Source: Eledone cirrhosa
Taxonomy: Eukaryota
Length of the DNA stretch: 64,000 bases
NCBI GenBank assembly: GCA_964016885.1
Contig: OZ024744.1
Location: 79,174,001 to 79,238,000, forward strand
Reading direction: 5' to 3'
The notes beneath the pieces are model-generated. The model had not been told where the DNA came from. It saw nothing but the letters and a program-made list of their open reading frames with translations, and searched no databases. Below, piece by piece: positions 30,067-42,131 of the stretch. A program made the position numbers and the translations under genes. Every line of letters begins with the position of its first letter. Position 1 is the stretch's first letter.

Positions 30067-30829
30067 ATGTATATATATATATATGTGGAGGCACATGGCC
30101 TAGTGGTAAGGGTGTTGGACTTACGATCATAATGTTGGGTTGTGTGTTGTTTAGAACAGGGTATTTTAAAGAAATAGTTAGAAGGATTATAACAGTTGTT
30201 AGATGTAAGAACAAGAATAAGTAATTTTTCTCTCTATATATATATAGGTTTACTTCACTTCAATCAAAAAGTACAATAAAACAAGTTGCCATGAGTTGCG
30301 GAGGTTGACAATGTTATTCGTTGTTGGTTCATGATGCTGTTAGCGCGAGAGTTGCCCTTGGTATGTTCATTCCACGTGTTGTGAGAGAAGGCAAAGTTGC
30401 ATCTGTTCTCCAGGGCTGCTTCTTTGTAAGAGGACAAGCACTCTCGGTCTCTCAATTTATTGTTCCCAAGGGACGTAACTCTCATTACTTCTGGTTCTCG
30501 CCGATAGGGGTCACTACATATCCTCCTCCAGACGATAGGCGAACAACCCAAAGGTAATTGTAGCGAACCCGCAAGAATGGGATCAAGGCAAGGGTATGAA
30601 GCAAAAAAAAAAAAGGTACATGCATACACAATACAAGGAAAAAGAAAAAAAAGAAAAGGCTCCTTAGGCCAGTTCAGATGAAAACTGTTTGAGTTTTTGG
30701 GGCCAGTGGACTCTTCGACTGGAACGGGTCGTGGTCTTGTGTCTAGGTGAAGGTGGGGCTGAAGGAACAGGTGTATGTAGAATAGAGAAAGATTGGGGTA
30801 TTTGTGGCTTGGGTGTATGATCGTCTGTG

Positions 30830-32900
30830 TATGCCCTTTTTAGTTTATCAACCGAAATTGTCTCTCTGGATCCCTTAATGTCTACAGTGTTGGGCCCTAC
30901 TGTGCTAACACACGGTAGGGTCCAGAGTACGGTTGTGTGAGAGGTGGTCTAACAGCGTCGTTTCTGACAAAGACATGTGTCCACGAGGCAATATCCCTCG
31001 GGACTGCAATTTTAATAGTTGGTTTCCTAGTATCCATAGGTGGTAAGTCCTGAAAATATGAGTGCAAACGAGATATGTAGGAAAGATGATCTTGAATAGC
31101 AAGATCAACAGGGGGAAGCATTTGCCCAGGCAACACTAGAGGAGCACCATACAACAATTCAGCTGGGAAGAACCCAAGGTCCTCCTTTATTGAAGACCGA
31201 ATTCCTAACAACACAATAGGAAGGTACTCGCTCCAACGTAGAGAGTCTGGATAGGCGTGAAGAGAGGTCTTTAATTGGCGGTGAAAATGTTCCACCATTC
31301 CATTTGAAGCAGGATGGTAAGATGTGGTCCGAATACGTTGAGCGCCAATAATTTTTGTCAGCTCTGAGAAAAGATGAGATTCAAATTGACTACCACAGTC
31401 TGTAGTAATTGTGGTTGGCATGCCATAGTGGGCAATCCACCCTGATACCAGGGCACGCGCTATCGTCTCGGCGGTAATGTCCTTTAAGGGGATGGCTTCA
31501 GGCCATTGCGAAAAACGATCAATGCAGGTCAAAAGGTAAGAATATCCACTACTGACTGGCCAAGGTCCAACGATATCGATGCATCGACACAAAGCGAAAG
31601 CTTGGCATCGGGTATTGGGTGGGCTAGCAAAGATGAATTAGCAAGTGCTGTCATAGCAGTCTGGAAATCTTCGAGTAGTCCTTGTGTCAAGGAAATATCC
31701 TCATTCTTCTTACGACGATCTTTTAAAATCTCGGTAAGGGAAAACAGTAATTTTGAACATTGAGGAACGAAACGTCTATAAAAATTGATTTGGCCTAGGA
31801 AGTGATGCAACTAGCGAAGTGAGGTAGGCGGAGGTAAATCCTGTATAGCCTTAACTCGCTGTGGAAGGGGTCGAATACCCTCGGCGTCAATATGTGACCT
31901 AAAAAATTCAGTGAAGCGGATCCGAAAACACACTTTGCGGGATTCACTCGAACGCGATAATCCTGGAGTCGGCAAAATAAAAGGTTCAGGTGACGCATAT
32001 GCTCTTCTGGAGAGGAACTAGCGACGAGAAGATCATCTATATATGCATAAACGAAGTCCAGACCACGAGTGACCTCATCTATGAACCGCTGAAAAGTGCT
32101 AGCGGCATTCCTGAGTCCGAAAGGCATGGTTAAAAACTCGAAGGATCCGAGAGGAGTCGTAATAGCTGTTTTCGGATTGTCTTCCTTCTTGACGGGCATT
32201 TAGTGGTAAGCTCGCACTAAATTGAGTTTGGAGAAAATCTTACAACCCTGCAACGAGGATGCGAAATCCTGGAGATGGGGTATCGGATATTAACCTTCTA
32301 TAATCCCCAGTGGGTCTCCAGTCGCCAGAAGTCTTGGGCACCATATGTAACAGTGAAGCCCAAGGACTCATAGATGGGCAAATAATGCCCAGCTGCAACA
32401 TATGGTTGAACTCAGACCGTGCTGCCTTTAACTTGTCCGTCGGTAAATCACGTGGATGTGAAAATACAGGAGCACCGGTTGTGGAAATAAAATGTTCGGT
32501 TGAGTGAGTTGGCTCGGTAACTCGGTAACTCAAAATTTTCCATCGGTGAGATCCGGGAATGATCCTAACAACGAATGGTAGGCGTTTCCAGCGGCAGCGA
32601 TGGAGAAGGTTGGGCTAACCGTTGAAGCATTGGCTCTTCGGCCACGAATTGAGAAACCGGTGATGTCATCCACCAGGCGTTGGCCTCGGACGTCCACAGT
32701 CAAGGAGAAATTATGGAGGAAATCTGCTCCTAAGATTGGGTATGGCAAGTCAGCGACCGTAAAAATCCCTACGAAGATTTTGGAATTTGAAGGGAAGCGA
32801 GATTTGTCCGTACATCTTTATAGGTGAGTGGTTAACGTCCTGCAGCATAACGGATGATCCGCGGGGGTATCCTTTAGGCAATGGACCGGCCAAATACTAC
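30830..32900 (-). pseudogene. pol: Gypsy pol remnant (partial protease, RT, truncated RNase H, integrase core)
   Basis: PILGADFL; WASLLHMVPK..DWRPTGDYRRL; MPFGLRNAASTFQR..YIDD; IDIVGP..IDRFS..YHPASNGMVE; several stops and frameshifts. Confidence 0.93.
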
Positions 32901-32958
32901 AGGAGGTCCTTGATGAAGAAGTGGCGGTTCGGGTGCTTTACACTGAGGTCAACTGACT

Positions 32959-33728
32959 TCACAAACGAACAAGGCTGTACACAGTGGTTCGCGTTCTCAG
33001 CAAAACACTCGTGGTGCAGCATAAAGATGAAGCTGGTGACCTGGGGCGGTGTCTGAAAGAGGTAGATCTACCACGGGTGTGTGAGCGCGAACGAGCATTA
33101 CCAGAGGCTTTCAGCATCTGTAGCTCCAACGTGAGAATAGCTTTTTGCATCGCCATCATAGCTGCGCTGTCTGCATGAGTTGCCGCACAGGTGGCATGGC
33201 CAGGTTGGCCTGAGCTGGGGAAGAAACAACAGCAAGGGTCTCGCTGTCTCCAGCACCCGTGACCTCAAAAACCTTGTCTGCAGAGGCGGCCAGTTGGTCC
33301 ACAGAACATGTATCCTTAATGGGGGCCAAAATTGCTTGAACGTTGGTCAGTAGCCGTGAGAAAAACAACTGCTTCAATATCACAGTTTCCGCTACCGACC
33401 CCTCTGTTAGGTCTTTCATCCGATGTAAGAGGTCCAATGGAGTGCCATCCCTGATATGCTCCAAATGGACCAGAGCTCTGAAGAGTTTCTCGGCGGACTG
33501 TGCAGTCCGGCTGACTATTTTAACCTTCAACGACTTGTAAGTAACCTCAGTCGATGTCTCCAATACAAGATCCTTAATAGTTGGGAGAAGTGCCGGAGGA
33601 ATGGTACTAAGGACGAGGGGACGTTGCTGTGCCTCGGCGATGTTGTTAGCCTCGAAAAATGCTTCCATTTGAGCGAACCATAACTTCACGTCACCCGTAT
33701 AAGTAGGGAGAATAGAATGAGATGCCAT
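32959..33728 (-). pseudogene. gag: Gypsy gag (frameshifted)
   Basis: LPTYTGDVKLWFAQMEAFF...LKQLFFSRL...LAASADKV; Cys/His knuckle HHECFAENANHCVQPC lies in a shifted frame. Confidence 0.85.
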
Positions 33729-36254
33729 TGGTGCAATCTCAGTAAGCGGCCAAAATGCGTCTCTGTAAAGAAAAATACCTCGAACACAAGGGAAAAAAGA
33801 AAATAATTCCTCTTGATTTTTCTGTCTTTTCTTCAAACAACCGGACAGGAAAAAGAATGTATCCAAAATATTGTGTAAGTGAGCGACTAAGCAAACAATG
33901 GCATTATCAATACATCCACAGAGAACTTAAAGCAAAAAACCAACATAGCGTACGGTTTCGCGCAAAAAAAAACTGTTGAAGAAGAAAGCCGCCATCTTGA
34001 CATCCTCAAAAATTTCAGCAAAGGAAAGAAAAAAAAAATATTTACATAATTGTTCTTTACAAAAAGTTCAGTTTTCTCTTGTTGAGATTACGAAGCAAGT
34101 GGTGAAGTGTTTGAGGATGAATCGAAACATAAAAGTGAAGTCACTGTAAATATTCCGTAGAATGGAAGTTCGGTGAATAATTTAAAAAAGTGAAGTTTTA
34201 TCATATCGTAGAATATAGATGAGAAGCTTGGTAAGAGAAAGTTGTTGATGTTGGCAAATGAAGCCATGATCAGAAAAATGCGTGCTGTTTGCTTTTTTTT
34301 TTTTTTAAATATACCACTTCGTATTTTTTTTTAAAGGAACATTTAGTTCTCACGGCTGGGTCACCAATTTAGCAAAGGGTATTTTAAAGAAATAGTTAGA
34401 AGGATTATAACAGTTGTTAGATGTAAGAACAAGAATAAGTAATTTTTCTCTATATATCAAAAAGTACAATAAAACGAGTTGCGGAGGTTGACAATGTTAT
34501 TCGTTGTTGATTCATGAGGCTGTTAGCAAGAGAGTTGGTATGTTCATTCCACGTGTTGTGGGTGCTGCGTTGTAAGAGGATGAGCACTCTCAGTCTCTCA
34601 ATTTATAGTCCCCAAGGGATATAACTCTCATTACTTCTGCTTCTCGCCGCTAGGGGTTACTACAGTTGTATTCTTGAGTAAAACACTTCATTTCACATTG
34701 CTCCAGTATTCTCAGCTGCTCAGATAAAAGGCTGCAATCTTTTTAGTCTTTAGGACCTCTAAAGATTTTAATTCAACACTGCATAATGCATGCTTGTATG
34801 TAAGATTAGAGACTGAATGATTATGATGATTGAGTTTTCAATCTGGAAGTTCCCTAGTCAATCTTGTCATGGGCAAATGCCATCTACCACAGCGAAAGAA
34901 TTTTACACATATGTATCATCTAGTGACAATATGACACACGTACATTTCAGTATTGTTTCAGCAAAGACAAAGGAGAGTAATCAAGTAAGTGACATAGTCA
35001 CTACTTTAAAATTCATAGCGAATGGTCTTCAAAATGTTTAAAATTAAACATACACTATATTATCAAATATACTATACATACATAGAGCACCAATACTAAT
35101 ACCTAATTTTTACTGGACTGGCAACTGCTCTGTTTAATCAGCTCTTAAACATTACTGGAATTCTGTAAGAATCCTGCTTCTATAATTCTCGGTGGAAGCG
35201 AAGGGGTGAGTAGTCTTGATAATTGCTAACAACCGAGAAACAGGACTGTCGATTACTCCCTTTTGTTTTTATCGAGAATAAGTGACATAGTCACTACTTT
35301 AAAATTTATAGCGAATGGTCTTCAGAATGTTTTTAATCAAACATACAGTATATTATGAAATATAGTATACAAACATTTATATATAATATTTATTTATACA
35401 TAGTATATATTATATTATTTATTATATATAAATTAACGATTTTATTTATATATATTATTTACAATTTGCGTGTAAGCAGGTCCTCTCTGGAAATAGGGGT
35501 GGGGGAGCGCTGAGGGTATTACATGGCCATGACGGGGTGGGTGGAGGGTGGCCCCAAAAGTTTGAGAATCTCTGCTATAATAAAAGATGGACCGTACCTG
35601 TTATACCAGTTCTACCTAAAGGTACATGTGTCTATGGAATATTCAGCCACCTTCCAACACTGTAATACAAGATGTTAATTTCATCTCCTCTCCCACCACC
35701 ACCACATCCTCCACATCTACCTCATCCGCCACCACATCCTCAATCTCCTCATTCTACTACTCCTCATTATTTTTTTTTTTTCATTTTCTAAAATACTTTT
35801 TAAATGTGAAGCTTGATAAATACACTTGCACGATTGACTCTTCTGTTTCACCCCCACCCCCCCTTTAGCGACTTTTATCAAAATGCTTCGGTGATGTGGC
35901 TTTTAAACTGCACCTTCTTCCTTCCTTCCATCTCTCTTTCTTTCCCTTTTTTTGTTTCTTTTGCTGTTCTTCCCTCATACCTTTTTTTTTCTTTTCAGAT
36001 TTCCATTTCCTTCTTGCTTGATTTCTCCTTACCATTTTTTGCTGTCTTCCTTCTTTCAATATTCTCTTTCCTTCCATTTTAGTTGAAGAACATGATTTTC
36101 AAAGATATATATATATATTGTTATGCTTTGGGAGGGTCATGTTGCCAATAAGAAACACATGCACCAGTTGCTTTCACTTCAGTTTATTATAAATTAAATT
36201 TATAAATTTCTAGTTGGTTGGTTGGTTCCATAACCGGACGGTTGTTCATATATT

Positions 36255-36297
36255 GTCAAAGTTCTTTCGTCACACATTCTGTGACCTCTTCAGTGAC
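36255..36297 (-). ncRNA. Minimal type I hammerhead ribozyme motif in Penelope pLTR (antisense to host gene)
   Basis: GUCA-CUGAAGA-GGUCAC(AGAAUGU)GUGAC-GAAA-GAAC-UU-UGAC. Confidence 0.7.
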
Positions 36298-36663
36298 TGG
36301 GGATTCTTCTCTTTATTTTGTGCCTCTCCTTTGTTCTGTCCTACGCCATCTTGTTTTTGTGTGTGTTGTGTGCTTAGTTTGCGCATGTGTTACATCCGGG
36401 TGTCTGTGTGTGTTTTTATTTGTTTATTTATTTGTTTATTTACATGTTACTGGTTGGTTGTTTGTTCTATCTGTATGTGTGTTTTCATTTTGTCCTTAAT
36501 TGTAAGTTGTGATGTTGCTGTTCCATTCATGTTTTCTATTTAATTTTGGTTGGAGTTCATTTATGTTTATTGCCTCTGTGATTTGTCGAAACATCCACCG
36601 TATGCAGTTCTCTGGTTACAATCAGAGAGATAAAATCAGAGTATATAGAGGAGCCAGAACCAA

Positions 36664-37329
36664 ATGGGAAAAATGGTAAATAATGATACAAATGGGACCT
36701 GCCCCTTGTATAGGAGCAAATTTTGGAATAGAATAGAAAGAACTAGGAATAAGGTTAATAGAATAAACTCATGGTATGATAGCAATAAATACCAGAGTGT
36801 AATGTTCATCAATACAACCCCTAGAGGTGAATTAGCTTACAAATTTAGAAGGGCCCTAGATAAACTTAAACTTAATATTAAGATAGTAGAAAAACCAGGT
36901 ACCTCCATAAAAACACTTATTAGCAATACATACCCTTTTCAAAGACCTCCCTGTATAGATAAGAAATGCATAATCTGTAAACTAAGCCCCCATATTAACT
37001 GTAAAACTAGAAATGTAGTATATAGCATAAGATGTACTGAAGGACAATGTAGAGATAAAAATATAGTGTACATAGGTGAGATAGCTCGTAGTATAGGGGA
37101 ACGGTTAAATGAACACTGGCGAGAACTTCAAGATAAAAAAGAATCATCAATACTCCACCAACATGCTAAAATAGAACATAAGGGCAAATTAGAGAACATA
37201 GAAATAAAAATAGAATCTACACACAGAAAAGACGCAATGTTTCGACAAATCACAGAAAACATAAATGAACTCCAACCAAAATTAAATAGAAAACATGAAT
37301 GGAACAGCAACATCACAACCTACAATTAA
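36664..37329 (+). CDS. Penelope-type GIY-YIG endonuclease domain with upstream Cys linker (truncated ORF)
   Basis: C..KKCIICK...CKTRNVVYSIRC...VYIGE..RS...RLNEH...SILHQH...ITE..LNRKHE. Confidence 0.85.
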   Translation: MGKMVNNDTNGTCPLYRSKFWNRIERTRNKVNRINSWYDSNKYQSVMFINTTPRGELAYKFRRALDKLKLNIKIVEKPGTSIKTLISNTYPFQRPPCIDKKCIICKLSPHINCKTRNVVYSIRCTEGQCRDKNIVYIGEIARSIGERLNEHWRELQDKKESSILHQHAKIEHKGKLENIEIKIESTHRKDAMFRQITENINELQPKLNRKHEWNSNITTYN

Positions 37330-37527
37330 GGACAAAATAAAAACACACATACACATAGAACAAAGAACCAACCAGTAACATGTAAATAAACAAATAAATA
37401 AACAAATAAAAACACACGCAGACACCCGGATGTAACACATGCGCAAACTAAGCACACAACACACACAAAAACAAGATGGCGTAGGACAGAACAAAAGAGA
37501 GGCACAAAACAAAGAAAAGATTCCCCA

Positions 37528-37570
37528 GTCACTGAAGAGGTCACAGAATGTGTGACGAAAGAACTTTGAA
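37528..37570 (+). ncRNA. Minimal hammerhead motif in Penelope pLTR (sense; stem I shortened by a downstream deletion)
   Basis: GTCA-CTGAAGA-GGTCAC(AGAATGT)GTGAC-GAAA-GAAC-TT-TGAA. Confidence 0.65.
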
Positions 37571-37754
37571 CAACCGTCCGGTTAGGGAACCAACCAACCA
37601 ACCGGAAATTTATAAATTTAATTTATAATAAATTGGAGTAAAAGCAACTGGTGCGTGTGTTTCTTATTGGCAATATGACCCTCCCAAAGTATAACAATAT
37701 CTGTTTCAACACACGTTTTCAGATAAAGAATCTTGTTAAACAAATTCAGAAACG

Positions 37755-37792
<38 letters not shown>

Positions 37793-37799
37793 TTATATA

Positions 37800-38285
37800 T
37801 ATTTATAAATAAGAAGAAAGTACGAACGGGGGATAATTTTCCTTCATCAGTTGTCTGCTGGATATCATGGATATTTCTACACATTAAAGACAAGATATCT
37901 ACTTCCAGTGCGTCAATAACTAAAGGAGGTTATTGGGGAAAAAAAGGAGCGAGAGAAAAAATATATAACAGAAGGGAAAAGGGAAGAAAGAGGAAAAACA
38001 CGGAAAACAACATACCGAAGAGGGAAACCCGAAAGCACCAGCTACTGGACTTAAGTCCGAGGCTGTGTGGATGAGAAAAAATAACACGTCACTGTCTTTT
38101 TCCTTTCCCTTCCCTTTTCCCTTCTATTATATAATTTTTTTTTTCCCCCAATAACTTCCTTTAGTTATTGATGCACTGGAGGTAGATCTCTTGTCTTTAA
38201 TGCATAGAAATATCCATGATCTCCAACAGACAACTGATGAAGGAAGATTATCCCCCCGTTCATGCTTCCCTCTTATTTATAAATA
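37800..38285. repeat. Fold-back element with arms of about 190 bp and a loop of about 100 bp
   Basis: 37800-37997 is an imperfect reverse complement of about 38096-38285; both ends abut TA tracts. Confidence 0.85.
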
Positions 38286-40961
38286 CACCTTATCCAGCAA
38301 CTACACAGCCCCTGTTTCTTATATATATATATATGATGTATTTGTTCTGTTGCTTCATTTTTCCAGGAGTTTTTATTTTTATTGCTTAAATATATATATA
38401 TTTATTAAAATAACAAACTAAAGTTTAAGCAAAGAATCGCTGCTTTATCCTCATTGAGCCCTCTTTGGATTTTAGTCTTCCTCTTTATTATTATTACTAT
38501 ATATATATATATACATACACACATGTATACATGCACAAACTCACACATATATGTATGCATATATATGTGTATGTGTGTATGTATGTATATATATATATAT
38601 ATGCATATACATGCATATATATGTTTATATATGCATCTATAATATATATATATAAAACATTTATTATTTTTGTTCTTGTTTTGTGTTTGCTTGAAGGCAT
38701 ATATGTTTCCTGTATTGGTATCTGTTAAATCCTTATTCCACAGAGACCTTATGTTCTTCTCATCCCCCATATGTTATTGCCTCTCAATTATATTTGAAGT
38801 AGTTTAAACAATGCTATACCTGTATAAATATTTCATTTGGTTTCTTAATCTTTTATTCTTTTACTGGTTTCACTCATTAGACTGCATTCATGGTGAGGCA
38901 CAGTCTTCAAGAGTTTTTTGTCAATCATATTGCCCCTGACCCCTTTCCTCCTGGTACAAATTTGGTGGTTTAGGCACACTAACTGTAGTTATGCTTCCTA
39001 TAGTTTATTTCCTTTTAACAAACAAAAATTTGGCTAGCTATAGATATTATTTAGTGAGATAGAGCCAAACAGAAAAGATAGGTTTTTTTCCTTCTATAAT
39101 TTTCAATTCATTTCTATATTAAAATTATTAAAATCATATATTTACATGGAAGACACCGTGCTAGTATATTTAAAAGTAAAAGTATATGCATTTTTAAATA
39201 AGAAATAAACTTTTACTTAATTAAAATCATTGAAGACACTTTTCTGCTATCAACTTGAAAATATAAATTGGTGTTCATACCATCTCATATAAAATGAATG
39301 TGTAAAAACGATGTAAACATGCATTAGCAAAGTTTGGGATGGCTTGTATAAACTGACTGCAATTTAAAAATTGAAGCTCCCCAAATACATGCAATGTGAA
39401 TTCTTCCAAGTGACAATAGAGTCAGTCTTGCTGTATGAATGTACTATGTGAACACCAAGGCCTATGAGAGGGGGTTCAGCTGGTACTTTGTTCCGAGGCC
39501 CAAGAGTTAAGAAGGCCCCACAGCAACCATGCAACATCCATTTTGAGAAAAATCTTTGCCTTGCTTCAGGCCCCAAAGGGGTCTTGTACTGCCTTGCAAA
39601 ATTTCTCTTTGAGGCCCTGGTGAACACTCACTAAGTGACTCAAAAGAAACTTAATGGAACATACACACGAATGTATAGAGAGGCTTTAAACATATTCTGG
39701 AAGCAGCGGCCTAACAAAAAAGCAACCTTATGGCCATCTACCTGAAATATTTCATACCTTCCGAGAAACATGAACCAGATTCACAGGACACAGTTGGGGA
39801 GCAAAGGATGAAATTGTCAGCGATGTGTTGTTATGGACACCAAAGCATGGGGATTCTGGTATGGGTAGACCTCACAGAATCTTCATCAGACAGCTATGTG
39901 AGGATGGTGAGGGTAATTTGAAGGACCTCCCACAAGCAATGGATGGCTGAGACAATTTGTTACAGATACTTGTATAACAAACATCATATCCTGCTGGATA
40001 CCTGTTGATTGTGAAGGACTGGGAGATGGGGCTGAAACATGCTAGATGGTGCTGATCAAGCAATAGCAATTGTACAAGGTTGTTTGAGTTTTTATTGCAT
40101 TGATTAACACTTGATTTGACTGATAGAAACATCTCTAGAACAAAGACCTGATTTGGGTCCAGGTCATATGGGCAGTTTTATTTACCCTGAATGTGGTTAG
40201 TAGATTCAGTGGTGTTGTGGGAAACCTCATTGATAAAGACATAATAAAAGGCCTGTGAGATTAGAAGTGCTAAGACTCTGCCATATCTAATTGGGAAGTT
40301 GGCACCAAAATTACAAAAGTTACAGGAAGCTTTATTTTATGTTTAACCCTTTAGCATTTGCATTACTCTACATTTACTATTGTATTTTCGGGGTAAAGGT
40401 TTTACCTCACATATTATCAAGTCTATGAGATTTTGGTAATATTTATTTTGAGAACAGTATTTTAACATCAGTATGAGTGGCTGGTTACAGCTGGTTTCAA
40501 CAGAAAGAGGTGAGAGAATTCTGACCAGATACAGCCAGTTTAAATGCTAAAGGGTTAACATAATTAGAGCAGGTGGGGGTAAGGAGAGTAGCATAATCTA
40601 ACTAATTTATGGTACAGGAATTGTACTTTTGTGGGGTTTGAATCTAACAAAGCCTATTTTCTTTTTCCTGCCTCAGTGTTGGTGAAACTAAATACCAGTA
40701 ATACAATTGTGTGCTTTTTTTGTGTGTATGTGTGGTATATTTTATATATATATATATATATATATGTATATAAATATATATATATATATATATTTATGTA
40801 TATGTATATAAATATATATATATATATATATGTAGATAAATCTACCAAAATATACGGTAGTGTCCAATCCGTATGAAGAACTCAATGTAATTCAAATATC
40901 ATGAAAAGAGAAGATGCATTCAAAATTTTTAGATGAAAATCACAGGAAAACAGAGTCAAGA

Positions 40962-42131
40962 TAAATTAATAAAAACAATGAATAAAAACAAAGAACAAGT
41001 TCCTTATATTAAAAAGTTCATCATTTTACGATCGTTTCTAGGATATATATGTGTGTTGGTATGTATATCATATAGATCTATGTAAAAATATTACAAACTA
41101 TCAGAGGAAATATACATACCTTCACATATTCTGTCTTCAGAAATAATGAGATTTGTTTATTGAAAAAAACCAACAAAGATTTAATATAATAGGTCTGTTT
41201 GGGAACAGGTTTTGAATTGACCAATAGAAAAGCAGTTAGAAGTCAAGTTGATAGAATAGTAGTAGCAGAAATTTAATTTAGAGGGATAGAGGAATGCAGA
41301 CTTAAGCTTTGAATGGAAAGATTACTTTGAATGAAAAGAATACTTTGGGGATGAAAAGGGTACACGAAAATTTGATGTTATTAAAGAATAATGTTAATGT
41401 TAAAAACGAAGGAGAGTAAAATTTTAGGGTAAAGGTATTAGTGAGAAATACCAATCTTATTTAAAGCACAAGGAATCTAGATCTATAACAAGAAATTAAA
41501 TTAATTGATAGGTATACTTATAGGGATAAATGTATATTAATTCATATGGATGTGATAAATAAGAATTAGATGTTATTAAAGAATGTTGTTAAAAACGAAG
41601 GAAAATAAAATTTTGGGATAAGTGTAGTAGTGAGAAATACCAATCTTATATAGACTACAAAGAATCTAGATTCATAACAGGAAATTAAATTAATTTATAT
41701 GTATACTTTTAGGTATTAATTTTAGGAAAAGAGAGCTGTAAGAGGGAAATCAAATTATGAAGTTCTCTGTAGTAAAGTACTAATTATAGGTTAACTAAAT
41801 TAAAAAAACTAATTATAATAATATGTAAAATATAAGTGTAAGGTGTATATTAATTAGGTTTATAATATTTGAAAGTTCTTCTAATTCTATGATTGCAAGA
41901 TATAATTAATTCTTGTTGCTTATTTAATAGGATATCCTTAGATTTTTCAAAAAGTTCCTGGGAGCATAATCTACACTCATATCTGTTATTTTGATAATTT
42001 ACATATTTTTACATAGATCTATATGATATACATACCAACACACATATATATCCTAGAAACGATCGTAAAATGATGAATTTTTTAATATAAGGAACTTGTT
42101 CTTTGTTTTTATTCATTGTTTTTATTAATTT
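40962..42131. repeat. Segment bounded by near-perfect inverted repeats of about 130 bp, with an internal diverged duplication of about 195-bp period
   Basis: 40962-41091 versus 42003-42131 reverse complement; 41374-41520 resembles 41569-41710. Confidence 0.85.

Larger units (their letters stand above)
30150..34664 (-). mobile_element. Ty3/Gypsy LTR retrotransposon, decayed and internally deleted
   Basis: Direct repeats 30150-30518 and 34368-34664; 4-bp TSD GTTG (30146-30149 and 34665-34668); PBS TGGTGACCC next to the 5' LTR; PPT TGGAGGAGGA next to the 3' LTR; gag-RT-INT order. Confidence 0.95.
36115..37745 (+). mobile_element. 5'-truncated Penelope-like retroelement with inverted pseudo-LTR
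   Basis: GIY-YIG ORF; 36115-36594 is the reverse complement of 37237-37700; hammerhead motif in both arms; flanked by (TA)n. Confidence 0.9.
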
